Assembly (NCBI GenBank): GCA_963827655.1
Contig: CAWHCF010000006.1
Location: 267,022 to 331,021 of the forward strand
Origin: an uncultured Acidobacteriota bacterium
Lineage (GTDB): Bacteria > Acidobacteriota > UBA6911
Reading direction: 5' to 3'
Length of the DNA: 64,000 nucleotides
Shown piece by piece: positions 35,611 through 46,324 of the stretch. Below the pieces are notes generated by a model, which saw nothing but the letters and a program-made list of their open reading frames with translations, was not told the DNA's origin and did no database searches. The translations under genes were made by a program, and so were the position numbers. The stretch's first letter is position 1; every line of letters starts with the position of its first letter.

Positions 35611-37923
35611 CTACTCCTGGATTTCTTTCAGCAATCGCTTCGCCTCCGGATTCGCAGGATCCAACCGGATGACCTCCTCGAACAGAGCTTTGGCCTTGGC
35701 AGGGGCGCCGGTCCTGAGATGGCAGACTCCGAGCGCAAGGAGTACCCTGGGATTTCCTGGATTCTTCTTGCGGGCCAATTCAAAGAACTCAATGGCTTGC
35801 GGGAAGTTCGACTTTCGCGCGTACAAATTGCCCAGGTTTATCAGGGTCACCTCGCCTGCCATCCCTTTAGCGACGGCGTTCTGCAAGGTCTTCAGCGCGT
35901 GATCGAGGTCACCCTGCTGTTCGGCAACGACCGATAGGGCATTGTAAATTTCCTCGCGCGAAGCATCAAGTTTGAGAGCTTGTTCGAAAAGTTGCCTGGA
36001 CTCCGCAAGTTTGTTCTGCGAGATGAGAATCTGACCGAGATCCAGGAGCGCGGGAAGATACTTCGGGTTCAAGGAAAGACACTTCTGCAATTGTTCGATG
36101 GCTTCCTCTCCTCGACGCTGGCTCAGATAGAGTTGGGCCAGCCGGTAACGTGAAGAAAGAGCGCCGGTAAACAAAGCGGTAGCTTTGTCAAAATACCCGA
36201 CTGCTTCCTGTTGCCGGCCGGCGCCTTCGGCCAACGCGCCAAGGCCGTGCAGCGAGGGAACGTGATCGGGAAACCGCTGGAGAACCTTGGAGAAATACTG
36301 GCCGGAGAGGCGTAACTCGCCACGGTCCGCATGGAGCAAACCCAGATTGTAAGTCGGTTGCAGCTGACCGTCTTTCAACTCGACGGATTTCTCGTAGTGG
36401 ACGACGGCATTTCCGGCGTCGTTCAACGCCTGGTAGCCCTTGCCCAGCAGCGCTTCAGCCCGGCTCAGATAAATTGAGCTGGTACCCCCCGGCCCGATTC
36501 CGCCGAGATAGTCGTGCATGAGTTGGATGCCTTTCCTGGCATACTCGGGCCGCCGGCTCAGCTCGCCGACCGGCGCGTCCAGATAGGCAGCGCTCAGGTA
36601 GAAGACTCTCTCCTTTTCAGAAAGGTCTGCGCCGGTCTCGCGGAAGATCAGTTCAGGGGTCATTGAACCGGTGGAAGGTGCTTGAACCGAACCTGTTTTG
36701 GAATAGATTCCGATCCTGTGATTGGTAAACACCGTGTGGCTTGCATTGGCTGGAACGCCGCGCGGCATGTGGCACTGCGCACAGTTCCCGGCCAGTTGGG
36801 CCGGTGTGTGACGCGACAGTTTTCCGGACGGGTGGCAATCCAGACAACGCTGACGGTAGTGAGCGGCAGCGTTGTTCTCCGGCACCTTGCGGTGTGGATC
36901 GTGACAGCTCGTGCAGGTCATTTGTCCTTGACTCAACTGAAAGCACCTGGAGTCTTCCATGAGGTCCGCATGCTGAACGACTTGAAATCCCTCGCGGTTC
37001 CGCCCTTGAAGGGCGAACTGCACCGCATAATCGGAGAACGATTGCCCTGGGCGGTAGGAAAAGATTTCTCGATCCGGTTTGAGAACGCGGATCCCGAGGC
37101 TGTCCACGCTGATTTCCATATGACACTGGTAGCAGACCGCGCGCTGGGCCTGTTTCGTATCGCGGCCGGGATTGTAGATCGCCTTCCTCAAGGTTTCCTC
37201 TCGCTCTCCTTGTGACGCAAGTCGAACGTGCGCTTCGCCGGGTCCGTGGCATCGCTCACAGCCAATTCCCGAAGGTAGTTTGAAAGGAAAGTAATTGACG
37301 TCTTCGATTCGATCTGGAAGCACGCGCGGGTAGGCTGTGTGACAGAAAACGCAAGCCTGCGGGATCGCGCGGGTGAAATCCAGATGATCCTGGACGTCGT
37401 AGCCCGGTGACATGCCCCAGCGTTTTTCCTGGCTGTACCAGGTAACCGGCAACTGAGTGATCACGCCATTCGGGTGATGATGGAGATAGGACCGCGCGTG
37501 ATTTCCCGAACCCACGATGTAAGTCACTTCTTCCTCGTGGACGTGAATCGGCTCTCGCTTGCTGCCCAGCACATGCCGCCTTTGAAAAAACTTCCCGTCC
37601 TTTTGCAGCATGGTGTAATAGTAGCCGGACTTCTCGTGAAAGAACGTGTTTCTCTTGGAGTAGTCTTCAATGACTTCGGCATTAGCGGGAGTGGACCAGG
37701 AACGCCCCATTCCAAGCCGTTGGAAAGCGTCGTAAGTCTGCCGATGACAGGGAGCGCACGCTTCCTGGCCCGCATACCCCTCGGGAAGGGTTGCCGGGTC
37801 GCCGGAGGCGGCAAGTGCCAGCAAGAACAGCCAGATGATGAAAAGGAAAAGGCGGTGACGAGGAAGCGTTCCGGCGCGAGCAGCGTTACGGCTAGAAGAG
37901 GTGAAAGAGTAACCCGTCACCAT
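35611..37923 (-). CDS. Multiheme cytochrome c domain plus TPR repeats
   Basis: Seven CxxCH motifs (CAPCH, CVFCH, CERCH, CYQCH, CTSCH, CLDCH, CAQCH); signal peptide; C-terminal TPRs. Confidence 0.9.
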   Translation of the reverse strand: MVTGYSFTSSSRNAARAGTLPRHRLFLFIIWLFLLALAASGDPATLPEGYAGQEACAPCHRQTYDAFQRLGMGRSWSTPANAEVIEDYSKRNTFFHEKSGYYYTMLQKDGKFFQRRHVLGSKREPIHVHEEEVTYIVGSGNHARSYLHHHPNGVITQLPVTWYSQEKRWGMSPGYDVQDHLDFTRAIPQACVFCHTAYPRVLPDRIEDVNYFPFKLPSGIGCERCHGPGEAHVRLASQGEREETLRKAIYNPGRDTKQAQRAVCYQCHMEISVDSLGIRVLKPDREIFSYRPGQSFSDYAVQFALQGRNREGFQVVQHADLMEDSRCFQLSQGQMTCTSCHDPHRKVPENNAAAHYRQRCLDCHPSGKLSRHTPAQLAGNCAQCHMPRGVPANASHTVFTNHRIGIYSKTGSVQAPSTGSMTPELIFRETGADLSEKERVFYLSAAYLDAPVGELSRRPEYARKGIQLMHDYLGGIGPGGTSSIYLSRAEALLGKGYQALNDAGNAVVHYEKSVELKDGQLQPTYNLGLLHADRGELRLSGQYFSKVLQRFPDHVPSLHGLGALAEGAGRQQEAVGYFDKATALFTGALSSRYRLAQLYLSQRRGEEAIEQLQKCLSLNPKYLPALLDLGQILISQNKLAESRQLFEQALKLDASREEIYNALSVVAEQQGDLDHALKTLQNAVAKGMAGEVTLINLGNLYARKSNFPQAIEFFELARKKNPGNPRVLLALGVCHLRTGAPAKAKALFEEVIRLDPANPEAKRLLKEIQE

Positions 37924-37991
37924 TTTCTCATCCTAACACATTTCAAACACCGGCGGGTTCGGGGGATCCCCGCATGGCCGGGAGGAGCGCC

Positions 37992-38666
37992 ATGTTTCAA
38001 TCTGATTCAGAGATTTTCAGTTTCGTGAAGACCCACCTTTACGTTGCCGCGGTGTGCGACATCCTCGACGATTTGGGATACCGCCACCAGGCGATGCATC
38101 AACGCCTGCGCCCCCTTCTGCCGGATCCCAAAAACTGCGGCTTCGTGGGCCGCGCGCGCACCGCGCGCTGGATGGAGACCGACTATGTGGTCGAGGGAAA
38201 TCCCTATGGACTCGAAATCGAGCTGATCGATTCTCTCAAACCGGGCGATGTTGTGCTCCATTCCACGGATCACGGCGGATCCAATGCCCCGTGGGGGGAA
38301 CTGATGTCCACCATTGCCCAAAGGAACGGCGCCGCGGGCTGTGTGTGTGACAGCCAGATTCGAGATTGCGTGAAAATCATGGAACTCGGATTCCCGGTGT
38401 ATTACTCGGGAATTCGACCGCTCGATTCGAAAGGCCGCGGGTTCATGATGGCGTACGACGTGCCCATTCGTTGCGGAGAAGTCCTGGTCAACCCGGGTGA
38501 ACTGGTCTTCGCCGATTTTGACGGAATCGTCGTGGTTCCGCGCCAGGCGGAAGGCGAAGTGTTCCATCGAGCTCAGGAAAAAGTCGCCAAGGAAAACCTG
38601 ACTCGAGAGGAACTCCTCCATGGAAAGTCACTGAGCGAAGTCTATAACAAGTACGGGATACTCTGA
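37992..38666 (+). CDS. RraA/HMG aldolase family protein
   Basis: GRART, APWGELM, IRD, VNPGELVFADFDGIVVVP. Confidence 0.9.
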   Translation: MFQSDSEIFSFVKTHLYVAAVCDILDDLGYRHQAMHQRLRPLLPDPKNCGFVGRARTARWMETDYVVEGNPYGLEIELIDSLKPGDVVLHSTDHGGSNAPWGELMSTIAQRNGAAGCVCDSQIRDCVKIMELGFPVYYSGIRPLDSKGRGFMMAYDVPIRCGEVLVNPGELVFADFDGIVVVPRQAEGEVFHRAQEKVAKENLTREELLHGKSLSEVYNKYGIL

Positions 38667-38732
38667 CAAAGAGTCACTCGTCGTTGCTTTCTTGGCGCTT
38701 CTTGGCGTCTTTGCTTCTTAGAGGTATTTGTT

Positions 38733-39470
38733 TTAGATCGATATTCCGCCATCTACCGGAATCACCTGGCCAGTGATGTAATCGGAGTCTGCCGATCCCA
38801 GGAAGCATACGAGTCCGGTGATTTCCTCGGGCTTTCCAAACCTGCCCGCCGGTATCGCCTCGATGATTTTCGCCCGCACCGCCTCCGGAATGGCCTCGAC
38901 CATGCGAGTTGCCGCGTTGGGTGAGATCGCGTTGACCTGAATGTTGTAGCGCGCGAACTCCTTGGCGTTCGATTTCGTGAGTCCGATGATGCCCGCTTTC
39001 GCCGCGCAGTAGTTCGCCTGGCCGATATTCCCGCGCAGTCCGCTGTAAGAGGTCACATTGATGATCTTGCCGCGCCGGCGCTCGCGCATCACGTCGTAGG
39101 CTGCGCGGGTTGTCGCGAACGTTCCCTTCAGATGGACCTGGATGACCAGATCCCAGTCCGCCTCGCTCATCTTGTGGACCATCGCGTCGCGCAGGATGCC
39201 GGCATTGTTGACGAGAATATCGACCGGGCCAAATCGAGTCAGGGCAGTCTGAATAATTGCTTCTCCGCTCTGAAAGGTGCCGACCGGATTAGTATCGGTC
39301 GCGGCCTGCCCTCCTTCCTGGTGGATTTCACGAACCGCCTCCGTGGCGGCTGCTTCATCAATATCGTTGACAACCACACAAGCCCCCGCGCGCGCCAGCC
39401 GAACGGCAATCGCGCGCCCGATCCCTCTGCCGGAACCGGTTACCACCGCCACCTTCCCTTCCAGTTGCAT
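38733..39470 (-). CDS. SDR oxidoreductase (FabG-like)
   Basis: TGSGRGIG, NNAG, YCAAK. Confidence 0.92.
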   Translation of the reverse strand: MQLEGKVAVVTGSGRGIGRAIAVRLARAGACVVVNDIDEAAATEAVREIHQEGGQAATDTNPVGTFQSGEAIIQTALTRFGPVDILVNNAGILRDAMVHKMSEADWDLVIQVHLKGTFATTRAAYDVMRERRRGKIINVTSYSGLRGNIGQANYCAAKAGIIGLTKSNAKEFARYNIQVNAISPNAATRMVEAIPEAVRAKIIEAIPAGRFGKPEEITGLVCFLGSADSDYITGQVIPVDGGISI

Positions 39471-40440
39471 TTTCTCGCCGCCTACTTCTTAGTCTTTTGT
39501 GAAAGATTGCGGACGCTCTCAGCGGCGTCCCGGCACTTGCAGTCGCGGTGCAGAACCACACAACGCGCTCGCACCCTCGATTCAACGGGAACGGGACGCG
39601 AACCGAACTCGGTCTTGCCCCTGGTTTTACACCGATGCGCTGACGCATGAGATGTTGTGCCAAAGGGCACCCTTGGCCTGCGTCGAAGTTTACTCCATAC
39701 ATGATAAGGTAGCGCAAATCATTGATCCGGGGCTCCACCGCATTGAAGCGATCGGGAGAAGAACGGCATGAGATAGAGTTTTTCAAGTTTCCGAAAGTTG
39801 AGAGATCTGACATTACCCACGCTGTGGAGCGTGGATCTGACCCACCAGGTTGGAGCGGCCGGGAGTCTCACGCGATGGGTAACACAGTTCGCGAAGGTCT
39901 TCATGAACCCTGAAATCGATCCCGCCACCTTTTCCCTGGGCTTGAGGAAGAGCGATTGAATCGACCCCTCAAGTCCGCGTGAACCTGAGGGTCACTCACT
40001 GTGGAGCGCGAGCCCTTCACGCCTCTGGTTCGCCGTTTGTTCATTTAATCAATCAACTTCGAGTTCCTTCAACTGGCTGTCAAGAAAATTCTTCGGCTCT
40101 GCCGATCCGGAACGCTACAACGTCCACAAACACCGGCAGTTGTTGTACCTAGCGCGTTGGTCGACCGGCGCGGGAAGGTTGGACGCGCTAGTGAAGGGTC
40201 CGTCGAACAGCGAGACCCGTGGCAGAATAGGCACCGTCATTTGCAGCACTTCGAGTTTTTCGTCTTGGAAAACGGCTATCTATTTATGCGCGAATCATGC
40301 GCAGACTCATCCTCCCGGGACCTGGGCCCAAGGCGTGGGTTTGCTTCTACCTCTGAATCCGGGAGACGGCGAAACTTCTCGCGGAGCATGAATAACATGG
40401 AATCTTTGGTTCACACGATTATCTTGAGGAAGACAAGTTT

Positions 40441-41055
40441 ATGAGTGGTAACCGCTCGTTTTGGACAACGTTCTATTTATGGATCCGGAATCTGCACCTC
40501 TACTTCGGGCTCTTTGTCAGCCCTTTGGTCCTTGTCTTTGCCATCAGCACCATAATGCTCAACCACAACTGGAAGCCTAATCCAACAGTGGAAAAATCCG
40601 TCCACCCGATCAAGCTCGTGGAGGGTCTGGTTGATTATCCCCAGGCCAGACAAATTCTCGATCAGCTTAACATCACGGGAGAGGTCAACTTCGTGCGCGG
40701 CTTCCGCGGCGCTGAGATCGTACGAATTCCGGTGGTGAAGCCCGGCGCGCGCACTGTCGTCAACGTGAACGTAAAGGAGAGCACGGCTGAAGTCGAACGG
40801 CATCACCTGGGCTTTCTGCACAGTCTGCTGTTTCTGCACATCATACCCGGACCCCACAAGGCTGAGTCGAACTGGGTTTTCACCAAGCTCTGGGGGGCCG
40901 TGAGCGACACAACCGTATATCTCATAATCTTTCTTTCGATCAGCGGCATTTACATGTGGGCTGTGCTCAAGGGCGAGCGCAAGCCCGGGTTCATCTTTTT
41001 GGGACTCGGCTGCGCGACGTTTCTGGCGATTCTGGCAGGGTTGCTCGGAGCTTGA
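40441..41055 (+). CDS. PepSY-associated TM helix protein
   Basis: RNLHLYFGL..AISTIMLNH; LH; C-terminal TM helices. Confidence 0.82.
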   Translation: MSGNRSFWTTFYLWIRNLHLYFGLFVSPLVLVFAISTIMLNHNWKPNPTVEKSVHPIKLVEGLVDYPQARQILDQLNITGEVNFVRGFRGAEIVRIPVVKPGARTVVNVNVKESTAEVERHHLGFLHSLLFLHIIPGPHKAESNWVFTKLWGAVSDTTVYLIIFLSISGIYMWAVLKGERKPGFIFLGLGCATFLAILAGLLGA

Positions 41056-41082
41056 GATTATAGCCATTTACACTCCAGGAGA

Positions 41083-41724
41083 ATGACGGTGGATTCCAAT
41101 GCAACGTCCCGCGGAATAGAGATCTGGAACAAGAAAATTCACATCTACCTGGGACTCTACTTCTTGCTTTTCTTATGGCTGTTCGCGGTTTCAGGCCTGT
41201 TCATGAACCATCCCCGCTGGTTCCATGGGATGCCTCAAAGGGACCGAACGGAGCGGGCGGTCCAGGTTCCGGCAGAAGGAGACGACCTGGAGAGGGCCAA
41301 GGCCGTCGCGAAGCAGCTGGGGATTACGGGAGAAATCCTCACGGCGCGCGTGCCGCCGAAGCCGGGTCTCTTCAACTTTCGCATATTTCGACCCAATCGA
41401 TTGGCCAACGTCAGCGTCGAGCTCCAAACCAACACGGCTACGATCCAGACGGTTCGGGGCAAACTTCCCGGGGTGCTCGAAAACATGCACACTTTTAGCG
41501 GCGTGCGTGACATCTGGGGCGAGGCACAGTCGAAACGCGACTGGATCTACACCTGGATCTGGAGTATCAGCATGGATCTGCTCTGCGTCGGCCTCATCAT
41601 CCTGGTCCTGAGTTCTTACTACATGTGGTACCTGCTGAGAGACAAGTGGGCCTGGGGGCTTGTCGCGTTCGTACTGGGACTTGCGGCTTGCGGCTTCTTC
41701 CTCGTCGGCATGGGCCGGCTGTAA
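41083..41724 (+). CDS. PepSY-associated TM helix protein (paralogue)
   Basis: KKIHIYLGL..AVSGLFMNH; MH; TM helices. Confidence 0.82.
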   Translation: MTVDSNATSRGIEIWNKKIHIYLGLYFLLFLWLFAVSGLFMNHPRWFHGMPQRDRTERAVQVPAEGDDLERAKAVAKQLGITGEILTARVPPKPGLFNFRIFRPNRLANVSVELQTNTATIQTVRGKLPGVLENMHTFSGVRDIWGEAQSKRDWIYTWIWSISMDLLCVGLIILVLSSYYMWYLLRDKWAWGLVAFVLGLAACGFFLVGMGRL

Positions 41725-41957
41725 AAGAGCCGGCGGCCAAGCTGTTCCAGCCGTTGGAGGTCAATGCAGATCTGTGCTGACGCATCTATGTGAGGCTTCT
41801 CGAGCACCGCAATTTTTGCGGGCGATTTGACCAAAGTGGAAGGCGCGTCTGCAGGAGTAGGAAAATGAAAATTGCGTTCGCTGGTCCTGGAACTGAAAAG
41901 CAGAAACCCGCGCTGCGCCGAAGCGTGATTTAACGGGTCTATCGGAACGCGAGGATC

Positions 41958-42240
41958 ATGTCTGCGCTCATGATCATGCTGATACCTGCGGCCCTCGCGC
42001 TGGACGAACTCCCCCGTTGGAAGACGATCGAAACCGCGACGCACCGTTTTGGTGAAATTGCCCCGGGGGTTTATTTCGTTACCGGCACGGGCAGAGTGTT
42101 CGTTCACGGCAACTGCATTGTGATCGTCAATGATTCGGACGCCATGGTCGCTCACACGTTTCGCCGAGTGCCGGGCGGGCTCTCATAGAATCCATCAAGA
42201 AGATAACCGACAAGCCCATCCGGAAGGTCGATCTTACCCA
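41958..42240 (+). pseudogene. MBL-fold hydrolase N-terminal fragment
   Basis: EIAPGVYF..GNCIVIVND then, shifted, PSAGRALIESIKKITDKPIRKV; stops before the HxHxDH motif. Confidence 0.65.
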
Positions 42241-42611
42241 ACCCCTTTCCGTCTATTCGGCATTGTCGCTTCACGTCAAGAACCTTGAACCTCGGATTGG
42301 AGTCCGGCTGTACCAGCGTTTCGAAGAACTGGAGAAGCACGGATCGCGCTGAGTACAACCCCATTCATTGAGTCCGCCTCCAGGGCAGTTTCATCCGGGA
42401 GCTGAGATGGTTCATTTGAGACTCCATCCGTTGTGAGTACCGGCGAAGCGCACTGGATCAGGGTCGGACGCGGAATTTACAGGAGCGTCAAGCGTTGTCG
42501 CTGGTCGACTCGATCCACGCTTGCCGAATCCGATCCCGTTCAGTACGATACGTTCCCGATTCATCGGAGGTAACACCGGAGCTGTGATCGGATTTCGGGA
42601 GTGGCACTGAA

Positions 42612-43541
42612 ATGACATACAGGCTGGGCCAGATCGGGTTGGGGACTCTTGGACGGATTTTTGCCGGACACCTGCTGAAGTCAAACGGCCGCCTGGTTGC
42701 TTACGACCAAAACCAGGACTGCATGGATCGCGCGGCGAAGCTAGGCGCCACGCCGGCCGCGTCCCCTCGTGATGTCGCTGAGCAGAGCACGATAATCGTT
42801 TTTGCGCTGCCCTCCCCCGATGTGGTGAAAAACGTAATGCTCGCCGACGACGGCGTTCTCGCGGGAGCCGCTGCCGGGACCTTAATTCTCGACCTCAGCA
42901 CCGGAGATCCCTGGACCTGCAACGCAATGTACCGGGCATCCAAGGAACGCGGCGTTCACTACCTCGAGGCGCCGGTAAGCGGCGGAGAGCCGAGAGGCGC
43001 AGGAACCGAAGGCGCCCGCGCCGCCAATATAACCTTTATGGTTGGGGGTGACGAAGAAGTCTTCGAACGCGCCAAGCCAATCCTCGGGATTCTCGGCAAA
43101 CACTGGTTCCATCTGGGCCCGGCCGGGAATGGAAGTGTGGTCAAGTTGATCAGCAACCTGATATCGGGATTGAACAATCTCGTAGCCGCTGAGGGATTCG
43201 CCCTTGGAGTCGCCGCCGGTATCTCCTGGGAAAAGATGCTCGAGGTTTTCTACCACACGGATGCCAAGAGCTATCAGATGACCGACTACATGGAACCGCG
43301 CCTGCGGCGTGGGGACTTCGAGCCGGGGTTCAGCGTGGACCTGATGTATAAGGACCACCGTCTTGCGGGAGAACTGGCGCAGCGCCTCCAGGTGCCGGTA
43401 TTGTTCAACCAGCTGGCGCTCCAGGTCTACCAGATGCTGCGGGCCCATGGAAAGGGTAGCAGGGACTTCGCCGACGCGGTCAACTTGATGGCTGGATGGG
43501 CCAATCTCGAAATCAACCAGCCGCGTGAAACCCTCTTCTAG
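42612..43541 (+). CDS. Beta-hydroxyacid dehydrogenase (3-hydroxyisobutyrate DH family)
   Basis: IGLGTLG, EAPVSGG, FMVGG, KLISN. Confidence 0.92.
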   Translation: MTYRLGQIGLGTLGRIFAGHLLKSNGRLVAYDQNQDCMDRAAKLGATPAASPRDVAEQSTIIVFALPSPDVVKNVMLADDGVLAGAAAGTLILDLSTGDPWTCNAMYRASKERGVHYLEAPVSGGEPRGAGTEGARAANITFMVGGDEEVFERAKPILGILGKHWFHLGPAGNGSVVKLISNLISGLNNLVAAEGFALGVAAGISWEKMLEVFYHTDAKSYQMTDYMEPRLRRGDFEPGFSVDLMYKDHRLAGELAQRLQVPVLFNQLALQVYQMLRAHGKGSRDFADAVNLMAGWANLEINQPRETLF

Positions 43542-43679
43542 GGGTCGCCCAACGCTGCGAGTCGAACGCGCTTCGCCTGCCACCCGGCCTCAGGTAACAG
43601 GAAATACCTTCAAACGCCAGTCGCCAACCAGAGCGGAAAAACTTGATCGAACTGTGAACTTTGTGCGCGCCAAGAGATC

Positions 43680-45692
43680 CTAGAGCAGATCCCGCGGGAA
43701 TGTAGAGTCCCAGGTCTTCGAATCCACTCGCGTGTCCCCCTCAAATGCCTCCACGGCCGCCCTCAGGCGGAACGCGTCGGCGGTCGAGGTGAGTGTAGCG
43801 CTGGCCTCGACACGGGTCCGCCAATCCCCACGAGCGTAGCCGTAGCGCCGCTCCATTGTCATCGCTGCACTCAGCGGGTCGTTATCACGGATAGTGTAGC
43901 GGTCGATAATGACCTCTTCCACCTCCAGTCCGGTATCGTCGATGCGGTAAATCCCGTTGTCCTGAAAGTCAGTTACCCTTACCTCGCGAGAGCCGAGGTC
44001 GCGTTCAACCGAACTCCTTTTGATAGCAGGGCGAAGGATAGTCCGGGCCAGCGAGCGTGCCTGCTCGGGCGGACCCAGACTCCGGACATTCTCATCTTCG
44101 GGGCGCGCCCGCCGCACCGGAAGGTCAAGGAAGCTTGCGCCCGTGACGACTTCGAGAGTTGCTCTTTCCGGCATTGGCCACGCGCGGTGCCAGTAGCTCG
44201 TCGAAACTGCCACGCGGATACGGTGACCGGCGGCAAAACGGTGGGAAATTTCTTCGAGCTGCACGCTCACGCGGTAGCGGCGTCCGGGCTCGAGGAACTC
44301 CGGACGTTCGTGGCTGTCACGCCGGGAGAGGTTCAGAATGCCGAAGCTCACGAAGAGTGAGGCTCCGTCGGGTGAGACGTCGGTGAGTCTCACTGCGGCC
44401 ATGGCAATCCGTCGGTCCGCCGACAGTTGCAGCGTGACCACCGGTGCGCCAAGGATCGCCAGCGGCTCCGCAAGAGGCGCCGAGTCGAAGCAGAGCGAGC
44501 ATCCGTCTTCTTCTCGCTGGTCGGCTGCCTGATGGTCATCGAATGCAGAGTGCCAATAGTTCGAGGCGAGGCCGACGGTCTCGGTCGAGCAGATCCATCT
44601 GGGAATCTCGGCCTCCGGAGATGCATCGAGGGTTCCTCCGTTGAGGAACATCCGGGTGGTCGCGATGTTCGGCGACGGCCAGGCCGGCTCCTCAACCCAG
44701 CTACCCTCACGCACTGCGGCTCGCGGGTCCGGGATTGCGCTGTCCTGCTGCCAGACCCGCAGCATCGGTTCATCCATGACTCCGTTGTCAATTCCCTTGA
44801 GCCAGTATTCCCACCATCGAACCGCCTCCTGGAGGAACCCGACCGCAGGACCCGGCTTGCCGTCGTGCGGATAGAGATGCCCCCAGGGGCCTACCAGCGC
44901 TTTGCGCGGGCAGCGGAGACCATTGAGCATTCTGAAAATCGAGCTGGAGAAACCATCGAGCCAGCCACCCACCAGGAAAGTGCCGCACGCGATGCGGCCG
45001 TAGTCCTCGCAGATGGAGGTGCGTTTCCAGAACTCATCGTAGCGCTGGTGCCGGAACCAGTTCTCCAGCGGCATGGCATCATTGGCCAGGCGCTCCTGCC
45101 ACATCGCGCGCCAGCGTTCGCCGACTACAGCAGGGTCCGGAGGGCGCCGCAGTTGGGCGAGAAACAGGGTGCCCCAAACCATCTGGATATCGGTGAGGCA
45201 GCCCCCAAGGTAGTGATCGTTGTCGAAGTAGGTGTTGTCGGTGGCGCACACGGAAAGGATCGATTTCAGTTCGGGCGGCCTGCGCGCGGCGACCTGAAGC
45301 GCGTTGATTCCACCCCAGGACTTTCCAAACATTCCCACGTTGCCGGCGCACCAAGGCTGGCGAGCTAACCAGGCGATCACCTCGACCGCGTCCAGTTGTT
45401 CCTGCTCCTCGTACTCGTCGCGCATGAGACCATCGGAATCCCCCGATCCTCGCATGTCCACTCGCAGTGAAGCCAGTCCATTACCGGCGAAATAACGATG
45501 GATCGGTTCGTCGCGCGGCCTTGTGATGTCGCGCCGGCGATAAGGGATGTACTCGAACACCGCCGGCACCGGTTTTTCTTTGCATCCGTCCGGAAGCCAG
45601 GCTCGCGCAGCCAGCCTGCATCCATCCGGCATGGGAATCCAGAGCGTCTCGATCTCGTGCACATCGTGAGGAAACGAAGTGACAACGGTCAT
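43680..45692 (-). CDS. CocE/NonD family hydrolase
   Basis: EYIPYRR, DMRGSGDSDG, GKSWGG, GGWLDG, GPWGH. Confidence 0.93.
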   Translation of the reverse strand: MTVVTSFPHDVHEIETLWIPMPDGCRLAARAWLPDGCKEKPVPAVFEYIPYRRRDITRPRDEPIHRYFAGNGLASLRVDMRGSGDSDGLMRDEYEEQEQLDAVEVIAWLARQPWCAGNVGMFGKSWGGINALQVAARRPPELKSILSVCATDNTYFDNDHYLGGCLTDIQMVWGTLFLAQLRRPPDPAVVGERWRAMWQERLANDAMPLENWFRHQRYDEFWKRTSICEDYGRIACGTFLVGGWLDGFSSSIFRMLNGLRCPRKALVGPWGHLYPHDGKPGPAVGFLQEAVRWWEYWLKGIDNGVMDEPMLRVWQQDSAIPDPRAAVREGSWVEEPAWPSPNIATTRMFLNGGTLDASPEAEIPRWICSTETVGLASNYWHSAFDDHQAADQREEDGCSLCFDSAPLAEPLAILGAPVVTLQLSADRRIAMAAVRLTDVSPDGASLFVSFGILNLSRRDSHERPEFLEPGRRYRVSVQLEEISHRFAAGHRIRVAVSTSYWHRAWPMPERATLEVVTGASFLDLPVRRARPEDENVRSLGPPEQARSLARTILRPAIKRSSVERDLGSREVRVTDFQDNGIYRIDDTGLEVEEVIIDRYTIRDNDPLSAAMTMERRYGYARGDWRTRVEASATLTSTADAFRLRAAVEAFEGDTRVDSKTWDSTFPRDLL

Positions 45693-46324
45693 GCGTATGC
45701 CGCTGAGGACGAAGTAATTCTCTGGACGCCTTCAACCATCGTTTTCGACCTGCTCAGTCGTGTTGCGGCATTCGGAACGTAGCGGAACGCGATTCTACGG
45801 ACGCATGAGAAAAAGTCAAGGCGCCCGGATACTATCAGCCCCGGACCTCGCGGCAGCAAGCTGCCGCGCTGGTCGCGAGGAACCATTGCGTGCGCTCGGC
45901 GCGAACTTTTGTCGCTTGACAGGATAGAATCACTAAACGAATATCCGCATTTCGAATCCGTGGATACCAAGTGCTGCTGTTCGCAATTACGGTGACGTAT
46001 TTTGGCAGTGAGGCCTGAAAGGCCGACAGAGAGTAGGCCCGGGCGTAAGAGACTGTCTCAAACCTCCCGATCCATGTGCGGACGGGCTATCAAGCCCGTC
46101 CGGCTTCCGAGGGGCACAACTGAATTTGTTAGGTTAGACATACCGATTACGTTACTTGCGACGGTCTCAGATGGCCGGTCGCCACAGGGTGCTCTAAAGA
46201 ATGTCTGAGCCGCACTACCAGGGGAACACGGGCGGGCTTACTCACTGACGGGCCTTCGGCCTGTGGTCTCGGCACATCACATCTATCACCTGGCCACGGA
46301 GAATCGAGCTGGAGGGAAGCGTCG

